The position numbers and the translations under genes were made by a program. Shown here in pieces: positions 12,851 through 26,830 of a DNA stretch of 64,000 nucleotides. Source of the stretch: the human T2T-CHM13v2.0 reference genome, Homo sapiens. The DNA lies in the NCBI RefSeq assembly GCF_009914755.1, contig NC_060944.1. The stretch is one strand, 5' to 3'. Numbering within the stretch: the stretch's first letter is position 1; every line of letters begins with the position of its first letter. The notes beneath the pieces were generated by a model. The model saw only the letters and a program-made list of their open reading frames with translations, searched no databases and was not told the DNA's origin.

Positions 12851-14856
12851 GTGTTCCAGAAGTGCTCAATAAGGAATTGGGATATAGTCATCTCTCAGAA
12901 AATGTTAGTTATTATCAACATGTGTATTACTATCACTATTAGTAACAGGCTTTGCTGATGATTCATTGAAGCTCAGATAAGGTTGGGTTGGATGAGACAC
13001 AGTTTGGAGGGTTGCTACTTGGGAATGGCCCTGGGAAAGCTTAACCTCTATTGCTTGGTCAAGGTCAAGACTGACTGTAAGAACTGTGATGGAGCCAAAT
13101 GTGACTAGAGGAGAGGGAAACGGCTTCAGCCAGGTCAGGCTTGACCCCTGAGCTGTCCTTAGGACCAGGAGGAATTGGAGGAAAAGGCATCCCACGGAAA
13201 ACTGAGTTCATGGCAGAACCATGACTTAAACCCAGATTGCCTTACTCTAATTCTAGATTACTCCACCCTCACTAGGAGAAAGAACATTTTGAGATGGAAT
13301 TGATTCCTTTCTACATATTTTTCTTTAAAAAAAAAAACTCAGTGTTTATTTTTATTTCTTTTAGGCTGAAGCTTAACTCCAAAAATAGTCTTTTTCAGTA
13401 GCCCTGTCATTAGCAGTTGCTACAAACACTATGTCCCCCACACATTGAACTGCACGCACGACACTTGAAAAGAGCAATTAGAACAGAAGTCTCCCAAGAA
13501 TCGCAAGGAAGGCAGTGGCTGCAGCTCCTGATGCCTACAGTCTCCCAAGGACATGGCTGGGAGCCAGCCCTGCTCTGGGGCTTCTCGTGCCTCTCTGTGG
13601 GTCGCCCATACCCTAGCATTTGCTCCGTTGTGTGCCTGACTCTGTGCTAACCCCAGGAGAACTTGCAGCCACTCGGCCCTCAACTTTACTCTAGTTGTCT
13701 GTCCTTAACCTTAGGTCTTAATGTAGAGAGGTCACTAAGCCTCTCTAAGTCTCTGATTCCTCACCTAGAAAATAAGAATCATAATAATTTTGGGATATTT
13801 GAGGCATCCTCATCATTTTGTACACATCAAAGAACTATTTGATTTCATGGGAGTGCCACCAACTGAGCTCCTCCTATACACAGGGATACTGAGAATAAAC
13901 AGATAGTTGGACACAGCCCTTACCTTCGAACAATTATAGTCTAGCAGAGGTTCCTGCTGTTGATTTGGGGGCATGTAATATAGTTTACAATGGTGGGGAA
14001 AGTTTCAGGTAAGACTTCCCTGCAGGGAAAATACATGGGCTGAATTATAAAATGGTTGATGAAGTAGGGAAAGGTATTCCAAAGGAAAGGAGCAGCATGT
14101 GCAAAGGCTCTGAGGCTAACTAGAACTATCTGGGCTGGTCTCCAGCCTCGTGTGCAGTGAAAAGGTCTGAAGGAAAAGATATCGTGAAGGGCTTTGTCCA
14201 CCTTTGCAAAGAAGCAGCAAGTAATAGAGAAGTATCCAAGCCCTGCAGTTGCTTCATTTATGCAACAAATGTCCACTGAGGGCCCACAATGTGCCAAGCA
14301 CCAGGGACACAGGCCGAGCAAGCACAGACCCAGTGCCTGTCCTCGTGGAACCCATAACCTAATGAACTTGGCATGTTTGCTATACATGTGTAGTTTCAAG
14401 AAGTCACCTTGGATAACAAGGGTGATGGCATTGGGGAATTAGAATTTGTGTGGTCAAGAAAGGGGGTTCATGGAAGGGGTTCCTGAGAACTATGGCTGGA
14501 GAGAGACTATGGCTGGAGAGAGACACGGGGTACAATTTATGCCCTTCTGTGGGCAATAGGGCCTTGGCAGGGGAAGGGGGCAGGCTCTGGCCTGACAGTA
14601 AGACAAAGGAAGAAACTAAAAGATGAGGAGAGATGGAAGGAGGGAAGGAAAGGACCAGCCCCCAGCCTCTCAGCCAGACCTCATCACACTCTTGTCTGCT
14701 GTGAATCTGTGGTCACTTCTCACACCTGGGAAGGTGCAGACCTCTGTATGGGCATAAAAGGAGGCGTCTGAATTCTTCAGAAGCAAAAACATACAAGAAT
14801 AACCCAAAAGGAGTTGGGAGGGGGATTTCAAATTCATGAAAGCCAATACACATGGG

Positions 14857-15620
14857 TGCTGCGGATTCAATTGTATCAACCAGAAAGATATGTTCAACAC
14901 CTAGCCCCTGGTACCTGAGAATGTGGCCTTATTTGGAAATAGGGTCTTTGTAGATGTAATCAAGCCAAGATGAAGTCCTACTGGAAGAAGGTGGGCCCCA
15001 AATCAATGACTGGCATCCTTCTAAAATGAGGAACATTTGGATGCAGAAACACACAGAGAGAAGAAGGCCATGTGACGACAGAGGCAGAGACAGGAATGAT
15101 GCATTTATAAGCCAAGGAACACCCAAAGATCACTGGCAACCAGCAGAAGTTAGAAGAGGCATGGGCTGGGCATGGTGGCTCACGCCTGTAATCCCAGCAT
15201 TTTGGGAGGCCAAGGTGGGCGGATCACCTGACGTCAGGAGTCCAAGACCAGCCTGGTCAACATGGCTAAACCCCGTCTCTACTAAAAATGCAAAAATTAG
15301 CCGGGCATGGTGGTGGGAGTCTGTAATCCCAGCTACTCGGGAGGCTGAGGCAGGGAGAATGGCTTGAACCCGGGAGACGGAGGTTGCAGTGAGCCAAGAT
15401 CACACCATTGCACTCCAGCCTGTGTGATAGAGCAAGATTCTGCCTCCAAAAAAAAAAAAAGGCATGAAACAGATTCTCCCTCAGAGCTATCAGAAGGAAC
15501 CAACCCTACTGACACTTGGACCTTGGACTTCAGGACTCCAGAACTGTAAGAGAATATACTGTTGTCTAAAGCCACCCAGTGTATAGTAGTTCATTATGGC
15601 AGCCCTGGCAAACTAATACA
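14857..15620 (+). mobile_element. MLT1C-like MaLR solo LTR interrupted by an Alu
   Basis: gaatgtggccttatttggaaatagggtctttgtagatgtaatcaag...gcagccctggcaaactaataca. Confidence 0.8.
15164..15460 (+). mobile_element. AluS
   Basis: Full dimer with A tail; aggcatg on both sides. Confidence 0.95.
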
Positions 15621-16047
15621 ATAGTAAATTATACCTCACAATTGTACAGATTAAATTTGGATGGGTCAACAGCCTTAGGGGTGGCAAGTTGAAGTAACCC
15701 AATAATTGCATTCAGATATACTTAGCCCCACCTTGCAGGACAGGGCCAGGAAGTAGCTGGTGTTAGCCCGAGGGGTAGGGAGCTGCTGACTCCTGTTCTG
15801 GCCACATCATCTCACTCATACCTCACAACAAACCTGAAGGGTCCACCTCACTGTGCTCACTTTGTAGAGGGTATGACAGGCTTACAGAAGTGTAGGTGCA
15901 TGCCCCGGGTCCATGTGGCAAGTGCCAGAGCTGGGATCTGAATACAAGTCATCCTGTGACTTGCTTTTGAGCCGTAAAATTATAAACAAGCAGTTAGTTC
16001 CCGTCCACAAAGCATTCACTATTCACAGAATTAAGAATGACATTCTT

Positions 16048-16369
<322 letters not shown>

Positions 16370-16606
16370 TCACTTATGAGCTCATTTTTCTTCTCCCCTC
16401 CATTAGAATATCTGCTTCAAAATAGTCGAAGCCCTGATCCATATGGCTGTTTGCTGTATCCCTGTGTCTAGAAGATTACTGGGGCATAACAGGTATTTAA
16501 TAAATATTTGTCACATTAATCAGTCAACTAATAGGGGGCATTTGGAGACTAAGATGGCACTGTCCAGGTGTATATTTCTATACTAATTTAACAAAGTGGC
16601 AAATGG

Positions 16607-16902
16607 GGCTGGGCACAGTGGCTCACGCCTGTAATCCCAGCATTTTGGGAAGATGAGGTGGGCACATTGCTTGAGCTCAGGAGTTTGAGACTAGCCTGGG
16701 CAACATGATGAAACCTTGTCTCTCCAAAGAATATAAAAATTAGCTGGCTGTGGTGGCACCTGTAGTCCCAGCTACTCAAAGAGGCTGAGGTGGGAGGATC
16801 GCTGAGCCTGGGAGGTTGAAGCTGCAGTGAGCCATGATTGTGCCACAGCCTAGGCGACAGAGTGAGACCCTGTCTCAAAACAACAACAACAACAAAAACA
16901 AA
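16607..16902 (+). mobile_element. AluJ with (AAC)n tail
   Basis: ggaggatcgctgagcctgggagg J-type right arm; TSD caaagtggcaaatg / caaaatggcaaatg. Confidence 0.92.
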
Positions 16903-17089
16903 ATGGCAAATGGTACTAATTGCTTGCTGTCCTCAATCAAAGAATACTCAAAGGAAAATGTTAATGCCACACATTTGTGCAGGCTCGACCCCTGCACCTG
17001 AGAGTCTGCAGAAGCCATGGCCAACAGCTCCATGGCAGTGGACAAGACAGGTGTCACCCAAAACATTGGTGTGTAACAAGGCATTAATA

Positions 17090-17460
17090 AGAAATGAAAG
17101 GGAGAGACAAAAAAAAGCAGGATTTACAGGGAATGAGAAGGAAGGGAGAACAGGGGAAGAGAGGAGGACGTGGTAGGGGGAAGAGAGGAGGAAGAGGTAG
17201 GAGGAAGAGGAACTGTTTTTCAGGAGGGACTATCAGTAGCAGCAGACACTGACAAGCATGGCAGTGGTGAGCCAAGTTACCTGTTTGTGACCTTTTGAAT
17301 GCATAGGAATGGTTGCAAGAGAGAGGGAAGGGGCAGAGGCTGGCGGACACTGAGGAGAGGAGAAAGAAAGATGGGGAAGTGTTAGACAGGAAGTCAGGGA
17401 AGCACAGGGACAGGCAGAAAGAGAAGCTGAGAGGGACTGAGACTCTGAAATAGACATAGA
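17090..17460. repeat. GA-rich low-complexity tract
   Basis: Strong purine bias on the plus strand. Confidence 0.6.
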
Positions 17461-19167
17461 TAACACAACTTAGTTCTGAACATATTTAGTTCTAAAATGG
17501 GTTTCCATCAGTGTGAAATTCATTACAACAAAAATTTAAGGTATTAATAGATCATTCTCATTGTTATTTAAGCCTGAAAGCAGGAGACACAAACTACACA
17601 CCACAACCTACCAATCAGCCCTAACACTTCATGCGGCCAACTCCCTTCCTGCTCTATTACAGAAAGTGGGGAGGTGCATGCCAGTGGGAGCCCCACCTAT
17701 GCATGTCCTATTTTGGTATGCCCAGCATTCCTATTGAGTGGAAGGGCTCTTGTCTCACTTTGCATCCTCCTGGAGGGCCTGGGTTCACACACTCTGGCTA
17801 AAGAATTGGGCACATGACTTAGACTGGGTCCTTCCATCTGCCACTGGGCAGATGGTGGGTCTAGAATCGGACGCTCAACCCTGTCAGGGATAGGCAGAAT
17901 CCTTCCCTGGGACTGGCCTTCAGACATGGGGAGACATAATCCTTTTGCCCTTGAGGTTGTTAAACTACAAGGTGTGGATCTGGAGATGCCAGCCCCCAAA
18001 TGGCCCCCAACTTATCCCATCAGCATGTAGGATAATAGTGCCAATGAGGAACAAACAAAACAGAAAATGACAAAGGAGACAAAGCCCTGGGTCCTCATTT
18101 GAGCCCTAGGATGTGATCTGCACAGAGACAGCTCCATGCCAGAGCATTCCAGGGACGTGGGCCAACAACCTTCCTCTGGGGTTTTATCCAGTTAGAGTTG
18201 GGTGGCTGCCACTTACCACTGCCAGGGTCCAGGCTGAGAATGGCTCCTCATCTCCATCCTCCTGCTCTGTGCAGCCCCTGCCGAGTCCTCCTGCCCTTAA
18301 CTATGTCAATGACCGCACAGTTTTGGCAGGACAAGAGCAGGACTATACGCAGTGATGTCCCAGCCCAGGTAGGTGTCAAGGACTGAGGCAATGGCAAAAT
18401 CCATCCTGGCAGTGAAATGGAGCCCTGCTTCCGAGATGCAAAAGAAAGGCAGGGAAAAGTCATGCATCTGCCAGAGGGAATTAATCCAGAGCCAGTGGGG
18501 GAAGAACTGGCAAGTGGGGCTGGCAGAAATGAGCTGTGCAAACAGGTCCTGAGGCAACTGTCTGCTGTCAGACTGCTCTAAGAGCCTCCGAGGAAGGAGA
18601 GAGAGGGGAGGAGCCAGGGCAACATGGTAGGAGACCAGAGCTGCCACCAAGAACTTCTTCCTGGGATGGCAAGGGCACTTGTAAGGGCAGAAATTCATCA
18701 GATCCCATTGAGGACATTTGTATTTCTATGCTATAAACCCCTTCCAGTACCCTAAATCCTCAGAAGTCTATTATACCCCAAAGAACTTGAGAGAGAGAGT
18801 GTGCATGTGCATGTGCATGCTGGAGAAAGGATAAAGAATATTAAGGGGAGCTGAGTTCCAAATTTGGAAGGTTTAGAGAGGACAGAAGGTGTAAGGAGTG
18901 AGAGGGAATTGAGGATGAAAGTCAGAAGGAATGGTAAACAGATATGTCAGAAGTGACCATAGAAGAAACCCCTAGGAATAGGCACAAAGGTAAGAGAGAG
19001 CTAATGATACTGCAATCTCAAAGGTCATGGTAACTTCTGTTGGCATCATGGTTGATAAATTTGGGACTGGGTGAACTCTTCTCAGATGTAGCCCCAGGAA
19101 TGCCTGGCATGAGCCCTTTTGTGCAAAAGCAATCACTATGGGTATATCCATGAGCTGTCTTTTCTGT

Positions 19168-19468
<301 letters not shown>

Positions 19469-22389
19469 TGATTTCTGAAGACAGTAGGGCAATTCCTTGA
19501 TGACATCATGGACTAGTAGTCAACCAAGAGTCTTATGGTCATGGTTGGATAAGAGAGGGTGAGAAAGGTGGTAGCCTGGAGTTGGGGTGGTAAAGGTAAG
19601 GGCCATAGGCACAGGCAATACCTAGACGTACTAGATACGGGTCAATAACTGCTAGATATGGGTTAAGACCTGGGAGGAGGGTACCCTGTAGTTTCCTTCA
19701 TCTCTGCTTATCTCAGAAGTCAAGAAATAAAGGCAACAGAGCCTGGAATTCAGCAGATGCATGCAAATATATCTGAAAAAGTTGGTTGGTCACTTAATTA
19801 ACTATATTACCCTAACTTGGGACAAACATTGAAGAATAAAAGGTGGCGGTCAGCTCACAGAGGTGAGTCATAGAAGAAAAGCCACAGAGATGAGTGCAGA
19901 TGTGCTCAGGGAGAAGGAGCGCCTTTCAGACAATTGAATCCCAATAGCACTGTGGGTAGACAGAATCAGCTAACTCCGCCTACTATGAGACCAGACGCAG
20001 CAAACCTGCTTCTGATCACTGTTCAGCTCCCACAAAATGCTGACTGGAAACTATGGCATTGTCTGCATGCTGTGGGTATCTGTCCACTGCATAGATGGCC
20101 AGAATGAGGTTTCTAAGCCATCAAGGCGAGAAGGGCCAGGGTAACAGACAGAGCCTCCCTGCAGTAGCACCACCTGCCCCGCCCTCACGGGTTGGACAAG
20201 TCACAGTTGGTTCAGCTTTTTCTCATTCCCATCACAGCCCAGTGAAGTTACTGGATGAGGAGAGGTGGTGCTGTACTCCACATAGTCATTCAGGGACCCA
20301 GGCTCCGATCTGGAGCTGCTGCCTGACTTAATATGTGGTCTCAAATGTCACAGCAGGAGGGGAAAAAGAGAGGGGGCTTGCATAGGGGAGTTTTTTAATA
20401 GGTCTGGCCCAAAAGGAGTGTATATCACTTCTGCACACACTCCTCTGGCCCCATCTGAATGGAGGAAGCTTGTGTGCCCAGAAGGAAAAATAAATGGTAC
20501 AGAGAACGTAACATTGTCACACGAGTCTTTGAACTTTCTTGCTGGTATGAAGCAGGTCCCACACTCTGCGATTTCCACACTTTATTTCACTGATCCTCAG
20601 AAAACATGAGGCAAGAAACATCCTTCTGTCCCTTTCTACAGATGGAGAAACTGAGGCTCAGTCACATGCAGAGTTGCATTCAGCAACATAAAATGAACAG
20701 AGCCAAGAATGAACCCCAGGTTTGCCTGCTTCTAAAGTGCAGCCTCCTCACCTCCCCTTACGAAGGGCCTTTCCAATTGCTTGCTCAGGCACAGCAAATT
20801 GCAGCCCTGTCTTGCTGGGGTCCCAGCAGTTCCTCACTCACGTGCAGAAGAGATTAAAAGAACAAACCACAGAGCACATTTTGCCGCTGATTAACTCAAA
20901 CAGGAGGCTTTCCCTCACTGAGAACAGATGATCAGCTGCTCTGCCAATAACTGCCTGCTCCGTACCACCAGGCCGCATTCCATCAAAAAGGCACAGTTTC
21001 CATTTACTGGGTTGAAAGTGAGTCACATCTGCCCCTGGATAGACATATAAAGCAACAGGCATGCTACTCTGATTAATAATGAAAAGCTGGTGCAAGCACA
21101 TTTCATTTTAAAAGAGAAGAGGCCAAATCCTAGCCTCCTTTTCTACCAGGTTTAGGAAAGCATGAAAAAGGAGAAGGATCATATGGGTTAGGGGGGAAAA
21201 AAGAAACTTTAAAGAAGCAAAGAAATCTACCTGCCCAAGAGGTGGGAAAGCAGAGATTTTATTCTATTCTAGGAACCTTGTGATTCTGCAGAGCTGCATC
21301 GTTTGTTTTTTATACTATTTTAGAAAGGAATTCCATTGTTTTAAGGCGGGAATAAGCGTGAAGCCTGGCCTTAGAATACAACCCATTATTTTGACAAATA
21401 GTCAAGTCAAGGCCCTGAGCAATGGTCACTTAAGTCTAATTAGCAGGAGAATGAAGGCCACATCTCTTCTTAGGTAAATGTCCGCTAAGCACGGCTTCTG
21501 AGCTCCCTGGATCAAAATGAGCACATGTTGTGCAAGGGGCATGGGTGAAGTTTAAAAGCAATACAACGTGAGCATACTGAACCTCATCGATTACATTGGG
21601 AACCCACAGCCACCCCAACTGTTGAGATACGGCTGTTTTCGGCATCTGCTTCCTGAGAATTGCTACTGTTTTGTTTTTTCAATGTTTGAATGTGTTGCGA
21701 CGATTTCTTCATGAGAATCCTTTCTAAATGATTGGCGGTGCTTGTTTTTGAACTGCAAAATCTTTTACTCTACCTCCTTTTCTCCACCCACCCACCTGCG
21801 GTTGGAGTCACTGGGTTGCCGGTAGGTGGACCAACTGGCTTGGGCTGGAAGCTGGGTGAGGCCAGGTACAAGGACAGTTCCCATGACCAGCTGGGCTGGC
21901 TGGGACTGTTCACCTGGACACCCTACCTCATGTACCAGGCCCTGCCTGACAGGAGGATCACCAGTCCTCCGACTCCTAGTGCAAGACCTACCCTTCAGGA
22001 TCAGACTTCCAAGCTGCCACATCTGGCCAGACTCTACCTGAGTTCATGTAGTTCTTGGGCTTCGTGGCCATAGCCAAGTCTGTCTCTAACCCCTTCCCAT
22101 AACACAGAACACACAATTTTTGCCCTCATGTATTCTGGAATTTGTAAAGTCTACATCAAGAAAGAACATTTGGGAGGAGACTTTAAAAAAAAATCTTCAA
22201 AAACAATCAATACGTGACAAGAAAAAGATAATTGCTCAGCTTTCAGATCGTACAGAATTTGGACGTTTAAGCCCAATATCAGTGGGAAAGGAAGAAACAT
22301 CTTCCCATCTGTTTTCAGGTAGGCTAGAAAGTTTTCATTCAAGACATTAAGCCTGTGGGGGTTGCTAATGGCTTTTTTTGATCCAAATT

Positions 22390-22800
22390 GTATTAATTAG
22401 GAAAATACTAATTGCTGTAACAAATAAACCCCAAGGCTTAGTAGCTTAACACAATAATAGTTTATTATCACTTCAATATTAATAACAGGCCTGCTTAGCA
22501 GACAATTTTCCTCCACAAGGTGATTCAGGGACCCAGGCGTGTTCAATCTTTTGACTCTCCCCTCACCTTGAAATTGTCTGCATCCAGCTAACCAAAGAGG
22601 GGGGTGAGCAGATGAGGAATGACTACATGCTTTTTAACTCTTTGACTCTGAAAGGACATGCAGCAGTTCTGCTCACATTCCTTAAACTGGAACTATTATC
22701 ACAGGGCCCTAGTGATTGCAGAGCAGGCTGGGAATGAGGTCCGTGGTTAGGCAGCTGCTTCACCACTTTATCCTATGGAAGGGAGGCACATGTGCTTGGT
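22390..22800 (-). mobile_element. Old MLT1-like LTR
   Basis: tgtattaattagg...gctgtaacaaataaacccc...agtagcttaacacaa. Confidence 0.55.
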
Positions 22801-23184
22801 GGGCACTTGGCCAGCTTTATTGGCCTGAAAGGTAGCAGAAAATTTCTCTCAGATCTCGGAAATGGGGAGTCAGTCTGCATTTACCTTTTGCTGTATTTCC
22901 CTGGATAGTTAGTGGGGAAATGGCAGAGGGAAGGCCAAGCATCACTAGTCAGAGTAAACCAGAAGACATATGTCAATTTTCCAGAAAGGGATTCTGGGGC
23001 TCAAATAAGTGGAACCACTTCTTCACAGCCACGTCACCAGCTCTGCCTTCCCATCCATACAGCTCCATTGGCCAGAGGCCCACAGAGGAAGTATCTTCCC
23101 ATCCAGTTTCTGCACCTGGCGTCCTAGATGAATAGTAGGGCACTAAGTACAAAAGCCTTCCCATGGGGCAGGATCTGGGCCAGT

Positions 23185-23380
23185 ACGACTGGCCTTTGGA
23201 GCTGGGTCATTCTTTGTTGTCAGGGGGCCATGCTGTGTATCGTAGGGTGTTTAACAGCATCTCTGGGCTCCACCCACTAGATGTCAGTACCCCCCCTCTC
23301 CCATCGTGACAATCCAAAATGTCTCCAGACATTGCCAAATGTCCCCTGGAAGGAAAATCACCCTCAATTAAGAATCACTG
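23185..23380. mobile_element. MER20 DNA transposon
   Basis: cacccactagatgtcagta...aaaatgtctccagacattgccaaatgtcccctgg...aagaatcactg. Confidence 0.85.
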
Positions 23381-25119
23381 GTCCAGGCAGAGGCTGCAGT
23401 GTTTCAGAGATAAATTAGGCTCCAGTGACTGGACAAAGGCAATGATCTAGAGCATTCTTACTAAACTGGAGCCCATGGGTTTAACTGAGTTTAGCCTAGC
23501 CTGGAACTTGGGTTCTCAGAAAAAATATTCCATATATATCTGTCACGGAATAATACATTATGGAAAATTAGCATAAGGAGGGTCAGAAAATAGTCTCATT
23601 TATGGGCTCATTATAGGAAGAGGGCAGGCCTTGGACTGTGTGACTCTGATGAGACTGGGTAATCAGACTTCAGCATCCTCAGTGGTAACAGGGGACCATG
23701 GTGAAGATTAAATACAACCTCATGAGAAGACAGTCAGTGAAGTGTCTGGCATGCAATAAATGGTCCACAAATGGTAGCTAACTACAGACTTTGCAGCTTG
23801 TTCCATACCTCAGATCATTCTTCCATTTGAACACAGGAGGGTAATGTTCCAAGTGAATGAGAATTTAATGCAGTTGCCATTTGATTTAATTTCCAAATGC
23901 GTTAAAAGTGTTAATGCAACACATCAGCATGCAGCTGATAAAGTAGTCAAAATAATTCAAGGAAACCAATACTTATCAGGTTTTATTTATCCACATTTAC
24001 ACTTTTTTAAAAATAAGCTGGTCTTTGTGCCCATATAGATTACAATATACATAATATCTCCCGGTTAGCCTCCCCTCCACACATATGTTCAAGTGAAGTT
24101 TCCCACTTTTCTCCCATCTGTCATTTTTCTCTTTCCATAAAAAGCTAATGGTGACGTTATCAAAGAGTGAAGGAGTCAGAGGCTAAGGGTGGGGAACCGG
24201 GCACCCATGAGGAGGATGGGGAATGATGAGGAGAAGCACAAACATAGGCAGGCACTTTGTTTAGGAACAATTTTCATAGCCATGGCCTCTGACCCAAATC
24301 TAGGGGAGCCGGCATTATTATTCCAATTAGGCAGTCATGAAATGATGGTCCTAATCCACTTAGCTAACACAAGGCAGAATCAGGATTTGAACCCGAGACC
24401 TCTGATTTGCTATCTATGTGTTCTTGACAATAGCAGTCATGGGAAAAAAAAATGATGCAAGTATTATTAATAAAAGTTAAGACCAAAGAAAGATTAAAAA
24501 ATAAGAACCAAAGCACTAGCATATTTTCCTACAAAGAATGAAACTCACGCAGAAGATGAGCATGTTGAGGTTTCTCTGCTTTGAAATAGGGTTCCAGGAA
24601 AGTCAAGATCAGGCATGAGATGAGAGGAGGAGGTAAGCTAAGTCTACCACAAAAAAACTTCCAGACCTAAGTTGGAGCATATATGATCCATATGCAGGGC
24701 TCTTGGGGGAATGGGTAGAACTCACACTGAGGCAAGCCTTCCTTGAAAAGGCATTGAAGAAGGCCCAGGAGTTTTTAAAATGACCACTCTAAGGGGCACA
24801 TGGTGGGGTGGGTAAGTAGCATGGCTCTGGCAGGGCAACTGAGCCCCCTAAATTTGTAGCCAAATCAGAGCAAAGAAAGACCATAAGAGGAGCACAGGGA
24901 ATTACAAAGCTCACAGCTCCCATAAGAAGGAAGAAAAGAATTAAGGAAACGTAATACTTAAAGGAAAAGGTAAAGAAACAGATACCTATAAAGGAGACAG
25001 AACTTTCTCAGAGGTAGAAGGAAAACCAGGAGCTCAATCAATAACGAGAACCTTAAAAAAGAAGGGATGGTGAGGGGTCTCGTCACATGCTTGTAAAGTA
25101 AGGACCTGAGCACTCTTCC

Positions 25120-25800
25120 CTGGATACAGCAAATGTTTAAGCCCCTTCTATATGCCAGGTACTGACTCAGGTACTGCTGGTCTAGCAGGAAATAAGGCTT
25201 ACAAAGCTTCTTCCTCCAGGAGCTCATGTTCTAGTAGGAAAGATGGGTAATCCACAAATAGATGTAAATTACAATGTCAGATAGTGACAAGATCTAGGAG
25301 GAAAACCAAAGCACCCTGCAAAGGAACAGAGTTACAAAGGGAAGGGGTGGGAGGTGGGGGAGAGTGTTATTTCAGATAAGGTAATCAGAGGGGGCCTCTC
25401 TGAGAAGCTGAAGTCTGAGCAGAGACCAGATCGATAAAACAAGTGAGCTACATAATTATCTGGAAGAAATGCATGTCAGGCAAAGCAAGGACAGCAAGTG
25501 CAAAGGTCAGAACTAGTTTGGTGTGGTTCAAGGAAGAGGAAATGGATCAGCATGGCTAGAAAAGAGAATAAGAGGGCAAATATGGGGGTGGGGCATTACA
25601 AATCAAGGACTAGATATGGAGACCATGTTAAGAAGTTTGGATTTTATTCTGAGTGTGACAGGAAATTCTGGAGGCTTTTCAACAGGAAAAAAGCCATTAT
25701 CTAACTTTTTCAAATGATCACTCAGGCTGCTGCATTGAGAATAGACATCAATGGGGCAAGAGTGGAGCAGGGAGGAAGCTGGAATAGTCATGCAGTTGAG
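25120..25800 (-). mobile_element. L2 fragment
   Basis: cagcaaatgtttaagcccc...tgccaggtactg...gagctcatgttctagt...tttggattttattctgagtgtga. Confidence 0.7.
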
Positions 25801-25825
25801 AACAGAATAGAGTTTTGACTCATGC

Positions 25826-26036
25826 ACTGATCAGCAAACTGTGGCCAAATCCAGCCCTCTGCCTGTTTCTGTAAATAAAGTTTTATTGGCACATAACCCA
25901 TGCTCATTCATTTGCATATTTTTTATGGCTGTTTTTGCTACAACAGCAGAGTTGAGTCTTTGCTACACAGATCATATGACCTGGAAAGCTGAAACTATTG
26001 ACTCTAATGCCCTGGAGAGAAAGTCTGCCAACCTTG
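25826..26036. mobile_element. MER58A DNA transposon
   Basis: cagcaaact...tgtaaataaagttttattggcaca...aaagtctgccaacc. Confidence 0.8.
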
Positions 26037-26399
26037 TCGAGGATGTTGACAATAGAGGTGGTGGAAGGTGGCAGGCTCTAGATAAACTTAGGAGGTAGAG
26101 CAGAGGCCAGATGTTAGCCCAGGCTCTCTGATACCATGCCTGCTCTCTGATCACTGGGTGATATAGCCCTCCAGCTCCTCTTTACTTCTGAGGACTTGTG
26201 GAGAACGTGAATGGAAACTCTGGAGTCCAGTCTGAGGCCAGCCTTTGCTTTGTTCCACTCCCTATACAAGCACAGAGCTCAAGGTGGCTTTGCCTCTCCT
26301 CCTAGCATGAGCTTGTCCTCCATGGCTGCTGCCACCAAGGAGGCAGGAGCCAGCAGCCTTGGTCACCTTAGAAGGCCACAGAGGCTGTAGGATCCCTGT

Positions 26400-26830
26400 A
26401 GCAGAAGCTGTTGCGTCCCACCGCCACCTCAGGACTTATTATTGTACCGAGTGCAGTCCAACCTCCAACTGCCTCTGCCAACTGTCAAATAGCTAATAGA
26501 CATGGGCTTCTGCCAAAGCCCTGGGGAGCGGGGGGTTACATCCTGTATGACAAGACAGTAAAGCCAGAAAATTAAGACCCCCAAGAGCAGCTCTCAACCA
26601 ATGACTGGAGGGGGTTAAGGTACAAATAACCCCCTCCTCCACACCCCAGGGGTTCTACACTGAATCCCAGAATTACCTAGTAGGATAGAGCTCCAGACGT
26701 TCACAGCAGTTACTCACTTGAGAATGTACCCTTTATTCGCTGCCCTTGATTCTCTGTCTCATGTCCCTAAAACCAAATAAGCACCTTGCACTCGGAACTC
26801 CTGCCCTGAGTCTGCTTCTAGGGGTCTCAA
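26400..26830 (+). mobile_element. LTR16A-like solo LTR
   Basis: ctctcaaccaatgactgg...aataagcaccttgcactc...tctgcttctagggg. Confidence 0.6.
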
